From Octopus vulgaris (Eukaryota): 64,000 bases of DNA. The stretch covers positions 83,576,001 through 83,640,000 of the forward strand of contig OX597823.1 in the NCBI GenBank assembly GCA_951406725.2, in the 5' to 3' direction. How positions within the stretch are numbered: the first letter of the stretch is position 1; each line of letters opens with the position of its first letter. The notes beneath the pieces are model-generated. The model saw only the letters and a program-made list of their open reading frames with translations. It did no database searches and was not told where the DNA came from. A program made the position numbers and the translations under genes. Below are positions 41,763 through 56,653 of the stretch, in pieces.

Positions 41763-42856
41763 AGATATTTCAAAAATATTGTCAACCAGTTGGGATACTG
41801 TAGAATTTCAGTCTGATCAATTTTAGTGACAAGTTCCCATACCTTGAGATAGAACCTGGAAAAACGAGACTGCGAAGCAGCCGTTTCTGAAGTGTTTTAC
41901 TTTAAAGCCATTTTATAAAAAGAAAATGAACCCATAAAAGTGATATGAGTTGAAAAGAGGAATTCATCCTTTTGAAAGGCCTTGAATAGTTATCTTTAAG
42001 CCAAGAGAACTCTGTCATATCTGAATGTTATCAATGTTACCTCTGTATGGTGTCATGCATGTTACACGTCAAGTGGTGGTTCTTGAATAGAGCACATTTC
42101 TACTTTGATGATTTAGCAATGATATCTATAGGTCGAGTACTACTTCAGGGAACTTCACATTTCCCAAACGAGAACAAATAGGAAAAAAAAAATGTCGCTT
42201 GTTTTTAATTTATTTATTTATTTTGAAGTTAAAAATAAATAAATAAATAAACCAATCAAATTCTCCGTCGACAGTTGTTTGAAGTCTTTGGTTGTTCTTG
42301 TTTAACTAACGATGAAAAAATTTGAAGGATAAAAAGAATCTGAATCTGGAAAAGTGTCAATCTTCGAATGAACTCTATTGAATAAGAAACGAAACAAGCG
42401 AAAAATCATAACCAAATAAATAAAAGGAAAAGAAAAGAAAAGGGAAATCCAATTTTTAAAAAAGAAAGAAATGTAATTTTAAGAAATAAATATTTTAGAA
42501 AATATTAATGTTGTTCTTAGGTGACGATATACATACATACATAGATACATACATACATACATACATACATACATACATACATACATACATACATACATAC
42601 ACACATACATACATACATACAAATACACATAGAAACACACTTATATGATTAATATTAGGTTGAAGGATTACTTTCTACTTCTAGTAGAGTACATATTTAT
42701 TGATTTTTACGAAGGAAGGTTTGATTGAGACTTCAATGTTTCAGTTTATTCGCCACAAAATATTTATTTACCTTAGTGTTGTTTGGCGAGCTATTATAGG
42801 GGCAGCGTTGATATTTGTTTTGTTTTTTTTTTCTTTTAAATTCATATATAAAATTA

Positions 42857-43150
42857 CTAGCAGCATCGCTCGGCGTTGCTCGGGTTTGTTTCGAACCTTT
42901 AGAAGTGGAATTTTTGAAAAGTAAAAAATTTGCATTATGTAGCTTGTTATTTTCTTTAAGTGAACATTTTTCTGGTTGAAATACACCGAAAAATGGCGAC
43001 ACAGCAGTCAAAAAATCGTAACAAATAGGGGTTTTCATAGAAAAAAAAGCACCTTTTTGATGAAAATAAGTTTTGGTGTTAACATGGTCCGATTTGAATT
43101 TTTTCTTCTACGGAATGAAGAGCAAGCCTTCTTCTATCATACTCTCAATT
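42857..43150 (-). mobile_element. Non-autonomous Helitron 3' end
   Basis: minus strand acaaacccgagcaacgccgagcgatgctgCTAG|t, same terminus type as 46158. Confidence 0.75.
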
Positions 43151-43221
43151 TTGGTCCACTTGAATTTCTTTCAAAATTTTTATCACGTTTTTTTCTACGT
43201 TATTTTCTGTCGATGAAGCTT

Positions 43222-43490
43222 GTGAAAATAGTCGACTACTAATAGTAAACGAATGAAAGAATTTTAGTGAAAAACAGTCGAACGCTGAAAGTTAACGAAT
43301 AAAAATATTTAAGTTCTAGTCGGATATTAAAAGTAAATGAATAAAAGTATTTTATTGCTAGTAAAAACAAGAGAATAGTAATATTAAACGAGTAGAAGTT
43401 ATTTACTTTCGAGCAAAAACAGTCGACTTCTAAAAGTTGACGAACGAAAATATTTTACTGCTTACGAGAATAGTCGAATGCTAAAAGCAA
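43222..43490. repeat. Degenerate ~50-bp tandem repeat
   Basis: recurring aaa(c/t)agtcga..aaagt(t/a)aacgaa..aatattt. Confidence 0.6.
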
Positions 43491-44155
43491 ATGCCGGGAG
43501 AAATGCAGTTAAGCATTTTATCCGATGTGCTAACGATGTACATACATACATACATACATACATACATACATACATACATACACACACACACTATGATACA
43601 TAAATAAATACATACAAACATACATGCATTCATGCATGCATACATACATACATACATACATACATGTATGCATGCATACATACATACATACATACATACA
43701 TACATACATACATACATACATACATACATACATACATAGATACATACGTACATACATACATAGCATGTCTAGATACGCACTGAAATACATAATTAAAACT
43801 AGAATACATAATTAAAACAAAACATACAAATCTGCTCATATACATACTTACAAACAAACAAACAAAAATACCATGTTGATAATGCTGAAATTTCAAAGAA
43901 AGGAGAATTGAATCTAGGTTAGAAACCAGCTATTTCTCTATTGGCAAGAAATCTTGAAATAAAATTGAACAATGACATATATACGTACATACATACATAC
44001 ATGTATACATAAATACATACATACATATATACATACATTCATGCATACATGCATACATACATACATACATACATACATACATACATACATACATACATAC
44101 ATACATACATACATACATACATGCATACATGCATACATACATGCATACATACATA

Positions 44156-44435
44156 CAATGGCGGACTGGCCAGGTTGCAGAGGCGCCATTAGAATCCATA
44201 TATGGAGGCCCATGTTAGTATCTAAGGGGCCCATCCCCTCAAGTTTGAGAATGTTTTCTTCAATCCTGGAAGAATGCATTAATTATTTCAGTCTGGCTGT
44301 GTTTCTAGAAAGTTGAAAAGAATACTTAAAAAAAAAACAAACAGAAACAAACAAGTTAAATAATAGCATAGTAGTTGCGGGTGGGCCCCCTCAAGTCTCC
44401 TGGAAACCAATATTTTTAGACCCAGTCCGCCACTG
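44156..44435. mobile_element. hAT-type MITE in (CATA)n
   Basis: TIRs ca(a)tggcggactgg / ccagtccgccactg; 8-bp flanks catacata on both sides. Confidence 0.85.
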
Positions 44436-45151
44436 CATACATACATACATACATACATACATACATACATACATACATACATACATACATGCATGCATGA
44501 ACATACATGCATACATAATATATACATACATACATACATATATACATACATACATACATACATACATGCATACATGAACATACATACATACATACATACA
44601 TACATAAATATCTGTCCGAGATCCTCTCCATATATATATATATATATTCATGTATTCATGAACGTGTAGTTGAGTGAATACCGCTGTTGGCACGGTTCCT
44701 GTTGCGGCCATTAACCTGGCCAACGAAAACACTCCTTCCTTTATTAAACTGATCTTTCTTTGCAATTTTAACCCTTCCCTTTACTGTTTATATTCTTTCC
44801 ACAACTGACCCAAATTCTTTAATCCTCTCTCAAGTATTTTATTCTTTCTCCTCCCCACCCACTACTTCTGTCTTCTCGAACACTTCGCTATCACGCATGC
44901 ACATCTATTGACTCTGTGCCTTTTCCTGTCACACTGAACTGTGTACTAAATTCTCATGGCCTCAAGGCAAGGAAAAAAAAAGAAATTCGTTTTCTCTTTA
45001 TCAGAAGAAAAGAAAAAAGTAACACAAAACAAAACCTGCCAATGAAATAGGAACGGAAGAAACACAAAACTACATAAAAATGCAAATTTTATTGATACAA
45101 ACCACGACTATTCTGTCTGGATTCTCTATGTATTTGTATGTGTGTGTATGT

Positions 45152-45188
<37 letters not shown>

Positions 45189-45198
45189 TGTATATATA

Positions 45199-45260
<62 letters not shown>

Positions 45261-45319
45261 CATACATATATACCTACTTATATATACACATATATATATA
45301 CATATGTATATATACATAC

Positions 45320-45377
<58 letters not shown>

Positions 45378-45410
45378 GTATATATATATATGTGTGTGTG
45401 CGTGTGTATA

Positions 45411-45640
45411 GGAAATTAACGTGCAAGTAGTTGCGCACTCCACAGACACGTGTACCGTTAACGCAATTCTCAGGGAGATTCAGCGTGACACAGAGTGTGA
45501 CAAGGCCGGCCCTTTGAAATACAGGTACTTTCATTTTTGTCAGCTGAGTGGACTCAAGGACACAATGCGTCATCGGGAATTGAACTCGCGAGCTTACGAT
45601 CGTGAGCAGAATATCCCAACTATTAAGCCATGCGCCTTCA
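45411..45640 (-). mobile_element. Family-R-related SINE
   Basis: gaaattaacgtgcaagt..cagcgtgacacagagtgtgacaaggccggccc matches 6590-6700. Confidence 0.8.
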
Positions 45641-45716
45641 CATAAATACGTTTGCGTGCGCGCATGTGCGTGTGTGTGAGTGTGTATGTGTGTGTATGTG
45701 TGTGTATGTGTGTATG

Positions 45717-45763
<47 letters not shown>

Positions 45764-45766
<3 letters not shown>

Positions 45767-46157
45767 TTATATATAAAAGTGAAGTTGTGTGTCTGTCTCC
45801 TACGATTTAGATTCCTAACTACTCCCACATTTTGCGGTGCAGTTAACCAAAACCGGGTATCTTATAGTCGTGATTCATATCGAGCCCTTCTGGGTATTAG
45901 CGCGCGTCTACGATGAGTCTACGATTAAAAAAAAAAAAATTACCATCATTTTTTCCCATTTTTAATGCATTTTTTTGCTATTATATAAGGGAAGTAACTC
46001 TCTAAAAATGTATTATTAAATTTCAGAACGTAAAAAGCTACAGTAACACCCCCTTTGTGGTTAGCCTTATTGAGATGGCTATTATACTTTACATCTCTAA
46101 AAATGCTTATATAGTTATTTCCCTTACAAACCCGAGCAACGCCGGGCGATACTGCTA

Positions 46158-46158
<1 letters not shown>
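45764..46158 (+). mobile_element. Non-autonomous Helitron, copy 1
   Basis: A|TC 5' end; subterminal hairpin cccgagcaacgccggg; CTAG|T 3' end. Confidence 0.88.
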
Positions 46159-46201
<43 letters not shown>

Positions 46202-46246
46202 TGGTAGGTGGGTATATATATATATGCGTGTGTATGTATATAAGCA

Positions 46247-46540
46247 TAGGCATGGCTTTGGGGTAAGAAGCTTACTTCCCAACTGCATGGCTTCGGTTTC
46301 AGTACCACTTCATGGAACCTTGGGCATGCGTGTACTACTCTAGTACGGGCCGAACAAAGCCTTTTAAGTGGATTTTGTAGACGGAAAGTGTGTGCACTTG
46401 AAAACTGGTTTTGGTTTGTTTTCGTCACCAAAGAGTAAGTACCAGACTTCAAAAATGTCATCTGGTCGATTTGTTGAACCAAAACCTTAGGTCAGTGCTC
46501 CAGCATAGCCGCTGTCCAGTGACTGAAACAAGTAAACGAG
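46247..46540 (+). mobile_element. Family-C SINE, diverged
   Basis: aggcatggctttgggtaagaagctt head; gactgaaacaagtaaa tail. Confidence 0.7.
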
Positions 46541-46548
46541 AAAATATA

Positions 46549-46926
46549 TCTATATATATAAAAGTGAGGTTGTGTGCTGTCTGTCTCCGATTTAGATTCC
46601 TAACTACTCCCACATTCTGCGGTGCAGTTTAGCCAAAAGCGGGTATCTTATAGTCGTGATTCATATCGAGCCCTTCTGGGTATTAGTGCGCGTCTACGAT
46701 GAGTCTACGATTTAAAAAAAAAATTACCATCATTTTTTCCCATTTTTAATGCATTTTTTTGCTATTATATAAGGGAAGTAACTCTCTAAAAATTTATTAT
46801 TAAATCTCAGAACGTAAAAAGCTACAGTAACACACCCCTTTGTGGTTAGCCATATTGAGATGACTATTATACTTTACATCTCTAAAAATGCTTACAAACC
46901 CGAGCAACGCCGGGCGATACTGCCAG
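46549..46926 (+). mobile_element. Non-autonomous Helitron, copy 2
   Basis: near-identical to 45764-46158; ends CCAG|T. Confidence 0.88.
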
Positions 46927-47837
46927 TGTATGTATATAGTTTTATATATAGTTGCATAAACATATAAACATTTCTGTGTGTGTGTGTGTGTATGTGTGTA
47001 TATATATATTTCACACATATCTGTGTGTGTGTGTGTGTGTTTCTATGTATGTATCTATGCATGCATGTATGTATGGACTATCCACTCTATTTAGAAGATA
47101 CAAAGTTTCAATTCTCATTATTTCACTTTAATTGAGAACATCTGCCGAAACACGAGTATTTTCTCTTAAAATCAAAGAGAAAAACAACATTGATATTTTG
47201 TTATTTTATCGATTAGTAAATCAATATTTGCACTGCTGATTAATTCATCCACATCTTGTATGTATTCACTTCCATCTATAAATTTAATGTTTTAGAATCC
47301 ACAGAATTTTCTTTCACAGATTTTGGTTGTAAAAAAAAAATGGACGCTTTAACACATGCGCTCATTGTTCCTTCACCACTGATCTCTAAAGCGTCCTCTT
47401 ATGATATTTATATGTCACCAGCCTTGTAACATAGTTTTCCACAATCTCATCCTGAACTATGAGCGATGAATTAACTATAGAATTCTGTCGATATATAACA
47501 ATACCATTCATATATCCGAAAATTGTAAATATTAATGCTGAAAGCCAAAGTATCATTAGGACTCGTGAAAAAGTAAAGGAAATAGACGTGAATGTAACCC
47601 ACATGCGTTTTCTCCCTGGCTCACGTCTCTTCTTTCTTATTGACTTTCCTCTTTTCGTTGTCTCTCCCAAGATTTTCTTCTCGTTTCCGATGAATGACTA
47701 TATCCGAAACGTTATACTACTATCCTATACCCTTTCCTTTCCTTCTTTATTTTGTAACTGACTTTTATTAAATGTATGAACGAACTATTAGCCCCCACCT
47801 TGAACTAAATCACTTCATTTAGGTAGTACATATCTTT

Positions 47838-48225
47838 GACATTCCAGACATTCCTGACATTCCAGAAATTCCTGACATTCCAGAAATTCTAGACATACCT
47901 AACATTCCTGATATTCCTGACACTCCAGACATTCCAGACGTTCCTAACATTCCAGACATTCCTGACATTACATTCCTGACATTCCACACATTCCTGACAT
48001 TCCAGACACGTCGTTTAACGTCACGTCATATAACTTCATTTAACGTCCTTTAACGTCAAATCATTTAACGTGACGTTATATGACGTTACGTTAAATGACG
48101 TGAAAGGACATGTCGTTGGATGGCTTGAAATGACGTGACGTTAAGTGACGTTGAATTACGTGACAAGGTGTGACGTTAAATGTCGTTAAATGACGTGCTG
48201 TTAAACGACGTTAAAGGATGTTAAA
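47838..48225. repeat. 9-bp tandem (gacattcc[a/t])n followed by an inverted TGACGT/TTAACGT-rich repeat
   Basis: direct reading. Confidence 0.85.
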
Positions 48226-48349
48226 TATATTTTCGTCTAAATTACGCAAAAAGGAAAATAACACTGACATCTCATTTTAACAGATATATTTACCAACATT
48301 ACATAAAAATGTGTTGAAATGCTAAAGAGTAATTTCATTCAATAAAATT

Positions 48350-49273
<924 letters not shown>

Positions 49274-50279
49274 GTTATGTATGTATCTATGCATGTGTGT
49301 GCGTATGTGTGCATGCGTATGTGTGTGTGTTTGTGTTTATCCAAAACCGCTCCTTGACAACCGGTGTTGGTGTAATTACGTCCCCATAACGTAGCGGTCC
49401 GGTAAAAGCGACCGATATAAAAAGTACCATGCTTAAAAAAATTCTTAGGTCGATTCATTAAACTAAAATTTCTTGAAAGCAGTGCCCCAGAATGGCCACT
49501 GTATAACGACAAACAGAAATAAAAGACTAAAGTTTTGTATCAAATATTAGAATGTTTGTAGGCTGCGTATACTACTTGTGTATATGCATATGTGTGTTTG
49601 TGTGTATGTATGTATGTATGTATGTATATATGTTCGCATTTTAATCTGTTTCTCTCAAAGGTACAATTCAAAGAATAAAATTTCTTAAGCATTTGATGAA
49701 TTATTCTATTTTCTATTAAATGTGTTTCTTGGATGTAAATAGATCAATCCCCATACTTTCTATACGATTAAGAGCAATTCGACAATTTTCCCCAACCCCA
49801 CAAACTTGTTTAATAAAATGATTTATCGTATTTTCATTTATGTAAATTGTATTGTCGTCATTTATAAGAATTATACTGAGTAAATTCTTGTATTTTTTAA
49901 AATATAATTCCCAATGCGATTAATAAGGCAATTTATTCGCAATATTTCTATTCTAGATAGATACACTTTGAATAAAACTTGGAAAATAAATCTTTTAAAA
50001 GCACTTGGGAAATATTGTAAATTTTAAAATTCTATTACAGAAAAGAAAGAATGGTATATAATGTAGATAAATAAAATCAAAATATAGGATAAATATTTAT
50101 TTGTTGTGTGAACTAAACCGGATCGAATTTACAATAATCTATCAAAGATTAATCAGAATGATTGATTTCAGTCCATACAAGGAAAAGGAGCTGTCACAAA
50201 CATGAAATTAAGGAAATTACATTTCAATAGTATTGATGTAAGTAAATGAATTTGACGACGACCAGAAAGTGAACGTGTG

Positions 50280-50620
50280 TCGAAGACTCATTGCGCCAAG
50301 TACGATGGACACTCAATGCAGATACTAGAGCTCAAAATAGTTTCAATTCGTTTGAAAAATAAGATGATTATTAAATGATCTTTGATTTGAGTGAAACAGT
50401 CGGCACCCCTCACTTGTTGAGCGGATTCAGTAACCCAGTTTAAGGCAAAGCAACAGTAATTATTTTGTGATGTAATCAGAAGAGAATGAGCAGAGCTGCT
50501 GAACTTTAATAGTGGCCTCCGAGACTGAAGAACGTCAAGGGAGTTAATTAATCTCATATTCAAGACTTGGCACGATTGGACGGCGCTCAAAACATTCACG
50601 ACTGCGTGATGTTCAGCCGG
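50280..50620 (+). pseudogene. Possible degraded LTR-retrotransposon integrase remnant
   Basis: VGTPHLLS..TQFK..LFC resembles the G.P..lvSDNG.QF...F...FC motif. Confidence 0.25.
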
Positions 50621-50838
50621 GGATTAATTGTGCCGATCACGAGAGAAACAATAGTTTTCCATATAAATTTTCATACTGTTTCTCTTTACTAAATTTCAAC
50701 CACAACGCTTTGGACTATTCCTGGTTGTGGTGAACACACACGCCCAAGATGTCACACAGTCGGAATTAACCTCAAACCCTGCAGTTGCGAAATAATGCAT
50801 ACACATACACACACGCACACGCACATACACAGACACAC

Positions 50839-50904
<66 letters not shown>

Positions 50905-50905
<1 letters not shown>

Positions 50906-50956
50906 CAAAAACTGTCTGATGAACGGCAACGAGAAACTCAGAGTAACAGATTTTGT
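50905..50956 (+). ncRNA. Type-I minimal hammerhead ribozyme in an ~80-bp island between (TA)n arrays
   Basis: stem I gcaaaa(a)ctgt/acag(a)ttttgt; CTGATGA; stem II cg-GCAA-cg with A.A at 10.1/11.1; GAAA; stem III act..agt; GUA site. Confidence 0.75.
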
Positions 50957-50981
50957 TGAATTTTCTGCTACTTAAAATAAA

Positions 50982-51049
<68 letters not shown>

Positions 51050-51058
<9 letters not shown>

Positions 51059-52149
51059 GAATATATGAATCGCAGTACGTGTGTATATAACTACTAACGC
51101 ATGCATTTCCACAATTCTCAACCGATTTTCATCAAACTTTACGTACACATTAGTTATGCCCTGGGGTTGGTCATGCACTATAACACTTTGCCCAGAGCTC
51201 CCGCGTAATTGGACATAGTCTTTTGTATGTAGGGTCCTCCGTACTGTTTTAATGTTTTTATAAAAGTGAAAGGAATTTGTCTATTTATTTCCGCTGCCTA
51301 CCTACCTACCACAGTGATTTAATTGACTAGGAAATCTGTACGCGATGAATATCCAATAACAAACTATATTAATCTACAAATTTAAACTGCATTAAACTTT
51401 GGCAAGCTTAGCTTTACCTATTCTAAGTTACTTGAAAGGTGATATTTCCTTCACTGTCTTATATTTGTTGATACATTTGTTTACTTTGATACCATTGTTT
51501 CACTTTAAGGATGCTTATTTACCCTTCCATTATGATATTTCGACTTTTGTCCATGGTTTCAAATATATTTTAGCATTATCCTTTTTAAACAATCACATAT
51601 GATTTCTCCCAGGGAATCAACCTTTAAATAAGAGTTGTGCTTCCACTAGCGAAAGCTATACGTATCTTTCAGAAAGCTCCATACCAATTTAACTTTATGC
51701 AGCATTTGCTGTTAGTTTAAGCGTAGGCTGTGTGGGAAGAGAGAATAAAAGGGCTTTTGTTAGCTTATCTCACCGACAAAATATCTCCCTTTGCTGTTGA
51801 ATAAAATAAACTCGCAGAGGGGAAGTTTCAACGTCTTCTTTCAATTTCCTTACACCATTTATGTGGCTGTTTCTGACAAGAAATTTCGCTTTCATGTAAA
51901 ACATTGTAGTCATTATCCGTAATCTACTCCCAAAACACTTTAATAACTCTACTTTGCATCGCTTGCAAACTTATATGTTCAATGATAATTAAAGTACAAT
52001 AATCTCCACAATAACCCGTAAATTTTAAGTAGGTTAATCGAAAACATAGATTGCCGTGCTACTCATAAACCTTTTAGGTAGTTAAACTATTTAGTGAAAA
52101 AATACTACAAAAGCAACTTAAACCGCCCAAAGGACGGGTGTGTTTGCTA

Positions 52150-52150
<1 letters not shown>
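51050..52150 (+). mobile_element. Non-autonomous Helitron-like element
   Basis: 3' hairpin ccgcccaaaggacgg then CTAG|T into (TA)n; 5' motif ccgattttcatcaaactt. Confidence 0.65.
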
Positions 52151-52205
<55 letters not shown>

Positions 52206-52994
52206 AATATAAGAGAGTGGTCACTATATTGCTCACTCTAGCACCAGTTAATCCAAAAGGTTTCAACCACGAAAATACATGTTTCCCATGAAAGTCAGGG
52301 AAATTCTAAATGCTGCATTAATTATATATATATATATATATGAAAAGATAGATATAGATAGATGATAAAAGTATTATTGCATTTATATGATGTAACACTC
52401 ATTCGATTGGTTTACATGTCAAAATCTTCAATTGACATTTAATTTGATAAGGAATGTACATCTAATATTTGAAATGTTACAGATAGAGATGATATGAATC
52501 AAGAGAATTATAAATAATGATGCATTTTCACAATGACTAGTCAAGTGGGTTTGTATTTAGAATATAGGAATTAAAATGGCGGACATTATTCGAGCTGAGG
52601 CTAATGTATTATACGTAAACTCAGTTTATAACGCAAATCCATACTGCGTAAAGTTCTAGAAATATGATACCAAGCAGATTTAAAACTGGTTAAGAGTATA
52701 AAATATATTATCTTATATGTTGTGTGTTATTTGTTTCATTCACTGAACAGCGGCCATGCTGGAACACTGCTCTTAAGGGTTTTAGTCGAACAAACCCCCT
52801 ACTTTGGTACTTATACTCTTTTTAATGATGGTACTTTATTGGTGTCACAGGAATGTAAACCAACACATACATACTTACATACATAGATGCATAGATACAT
52901 AGATAAATACATAGATACATACATACATACATACATACATACATACACACATGCATGCATGCATACATACATACATACATACATACATACATAC

Positions 52995-53025
<31 letters not shown>

Positions 53026-53237
53026 CATACATACATACATACGTAGATACATACATACATACATACACACACATATATGTCAGCAATAATAAATCTCTGA
53101 TTGAGATATAAACAGTAGCACCTCGACATCGTGAAGTGTATTTGTCACCTAAATGTGGCTGACTCATTTGGAACGATGCTACTGTAGTTTATATCCCCAG
53201 GAAGACATCTCACGCAGCTGGCTAATGACACACAACT

Positions 53238-54410
53238 AGGTTCCCGCCGCTTTTTAAATCTAATGTTTTTGAAGGTTTGATAAAAAATAACAACTAATTA
53301 ATAATGTATTTACCCTTGTTGTTTACAACTTCTTCTCAACGTTCAACAAGATTTTCAATACCTCGTTGTTAGAAATTATCCGATTTCGACTCGAAAAATT
53401 GATCCAACCGAGCTCTCAATTCTGCATCTGTATTGAACGAAAATCTGCGCATAGCATTTGATAGAGATCGAAATAGGTGGAAATCTGTTGGTGCCAAATC
53501 AGGAGAGTACGGCGGGTGTGGCAGCATTTCCCAGCCATGCGTTTGAATGGCTACCTTCGTCATATTGGCGATATGAGGGCGGGCGTTGTCGTGCAGCAGT
53601 AGAACTCCATGCTGACAATTAGGCCTTTTCTCGTGAATAGCCGTGTTGAACATAGAGTCCCGCGTTGACCGTTTGGTTCCGTTCAAGCAAATCGAAATGG
53701 ATAATCCTTTCCCAGTCCCTCCATACGCACAACATCGTTTTACGCGGATGAGGATCTTGTTTCACGCGCGGTGTCGCTTGTTTACCGGGGCTAAGCCATT
53801 CCTTACGCTGTGTCATATTGATGTACAGGCACCATTTTTCGTCGCCAGTAACGATTCGGTAAAGAAATCGTTGCTTGTGTCCATAAGTGGAGCGGTGACG
53901 AGCATGCAAACCAGCGGAGATTGTGGCTCGTTGATTTTTGTTGTTGTCACTTAAAGCATGCGGAACCTATGCTCCATATTTCTGAACCTTTCCCATCGAG
54001 TGAAGATGCTTCTCTATAGCAGTGTGGGAGCCTTCCATTTTCTCTACCAGTTCCCTTGTCGTTTGACGAGAATTTTCGTGCAAAAGTTGGTTTAATCGCT
54101 TCTTATCGAACTCAACTGGATGGCCAGAACGAGGTTCGTCTTTGAGGTCAAAATTTCCATGTTTGAACTTGGCATAACAATCACGAGCGGTTTTTTTCAG
54201 CTATGGCACCTTTCCATACACAGCATAAATGTCGCGAGCAGCTTTTGCGGCCTTAGAATCTTGATTAAAAGCAAAAAAAATGGAGGTGTTGAAAATGTTC
54301 GTTTTTCTTAACCTGACATTCCATTTTAATGATCTGAAAATAAACAAAAAGTAACTAAAATTAACTAGAAAAAAAAAAAAAAGAGAATAGATTCCAAAAT
54401 GATTCAAAAT
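53238..54410 (-). mobile_element. Degraded near-full-length mariner (DD34D) transposon
   Basis: MECQVKKNEHF start at ~54324; RIVTGDEKW; LLHDNARPH; HPPYSPDLAPTDFHLFRSL; multiple frameshifts; ends approximate. Confidence 0.9.
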
Positions 54411-55204
54411 TAGAATTCTCGTAAAAAAAAAAAGGTTCCAAAATTTAAAAACGCAGTAAATTCCGAAATTAAAAAAAAAAGGCGGGATTTTGACCTTTAA
54501 ATTTTGAGAAAAAAATGCGGATTATACTCAAGGATTTACGGAACGTGAAATTTACAGCAGTTGTTTCATTGGCATTAAACATTAGATAATTACTCAATCA
54601 AGATACCTAATTAATGAATTAAATATATATGTTTATATATATTTATATTTATATAGATATAGTTATATTTACGCAGCTCATCGGGGGTGGGGCTGGGGGC
54701 AGAAATGTTAATCAAGAAACCGTTACTGATTTAAATATATACGAAGCAGAAACCGAGATGACAAACTGCTCGGCAGATCTTTTTTTTTTCGGTGAGATAA
54801 ACTAGAAAAACAACTTTTGTAACCTTGCAGATACTAGAGAGTATGAATCGAATAAAGAACTAGAGAAACAAATAATTCATTTCGATATCTTCGCTGTAGT
54901 TGTTAGTAGAATAATAATAATCCAGTAGTTAGTGATGAGAACAAGACTCGGTCACTGGAAAAATACTTGTATTACAAAAACAAACACAAGGATGGGATTG
55001 CACAAGAGTCAGGACTTCTCCACCCGAGATAAAGATAAAATGTTATTTTATATGTTCACTTTAATAACTCCTCAGGTAACAGTCCATTGATTGTACGTAG
55101 ACTAGTTCAGTCAAGTTTAAACGTGGACCTGTTCACGTTCGCGAGGAAGAAAAGACAACGCATTTATTCCTTCTGGTTCACAAGCTCTTTCACTAGAATA
55201 CTAG

Positions 55205-55605
55205 GTTCTTAATTTTAAAATTTTGGAGAAGTGGGTTAATCTATTACCTCGACCTCAGCACTTAAAGGTACTTATGTTATTGACCACTAAAGAATGAAAA
55301 GCAGTGCCTGGGTGGCATTTGAACTCAGAACGTACAGACGAAAGAAATGCTGCTAAGCATTTTGCTAACGGTTCTTGTTTCTTTATTGCCCACAAGGGGC
55401 TAAACATAGAGGGGACAAACAAGGACAGACAGACGGATTAAGTCGATTACATCGACTCCAGTGCGTATCTGGTACTTAATTTAACGACCCCGAAAGGATG
55501 AAAAGTAAAGTCGACCTCGGCGGAATTTGAACTCAGAACGTAGCGGCAGACGAAATCCCACTAAGCATTTCATCCGGCGTGCTAACGTTTCTGTCAGCTC
55601 GCTGC
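55205..55605 (-). mobile_element. Family-M SINE dimer (uniform-tail copy joined to a diverged headless copy)
   Basis: junction at ~55375: aaagaaaca|agaaccgttagc. Confidence 0.85.
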
Positions 55606-56429
55606 TTAACGCATCAGTTATAACAGCAGCTGAATCACGCTCGAATCACACCTTGGCGTCTTAAATGAGAAAAAAATACACTGGATAATCTTGTTTTATA
55701 TAAATCTAACAAGAGTAGATGGTCACGTTTGGGTTGTCTTTCATTAAATGTCTGATTGATCAGAGCTGATATGGAACTAAACAACATTTCGTTATATTTT
55801 CGATTCTATGTCTCACACGATTATTAGCTGCCGGCGTTTATACTTACCAGCCAATCAATTCTTAAGAATATACTTAGTTTCCAAGTCTGCTTGGTTCCTT
55901 ATCTTTCAATCTGCCGTTTTCTATCTCTCTGTCACAGCAAAATAAGTGCGTATAACGAAACCGAAAGGAAGCTATTTGGACAACTGCTGTTGTATCAGTG
56001 ATGAGGTAGCAACCTATAAACCATGAACCGATACAACTAAAACATTATTTATGGATATGCTTTCAATCAAACAACCCGACTTGAGGAAATGGTGCGATGT
56101 TATCACCACACTTTCACCAGAAGTTATTTCACCAAACTATTTCAGCTTCGTTTAAAGATCTTTTGTTCTGCATATAAGAAATATTATCCAAATTTTATCT
56201 CTATGAAAGATATGTTTCAATACAGAATTTCCAGTTATTGAATGTTTATTTCCAGGCATTTCCAGTTATTGAATGTTTATCGTTTTCTGCATTGGCTGCT
56301 CTTCGTGTGATAATAAAGAGAAAAGGATGATACTGTCTTTTATATTTTTCTTAGACACGTAGGTCGAGTCAATCAATTGTTAAAAGTTTATTGCCATAGA
56401 TTTCAACAGCAACACAGATGAAGTCTGAG

Positions 56430-56511
<82 letters not shown>

Positions 56512-56653
56512 CATTTCAGTAATATTTGATAAATGACGATTCGTAGCTGAAAGTTGATCGTCAGTGAAAGTGGAATGCATTGCTTAAAAGAATTGATTTA
56601 TTATTGATTCCCTAAAATAGTATAAGTGTGAGACGATAAATTATGCATACGTA

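Noticed and set aside
52201-52322. Island between (TA)n arrays with minus-strand GAAACATGTA, like a hammerhead 3' half
   Set aside because: No recognisable CUGANGA upstream; possibly a decayed Penelope terminus but not supportable.
55995-56025. gtgatga-ggt-agca-acc, hammerhead-like
   Set aside because: Both conserved cores deviate and stems I and III are absent.
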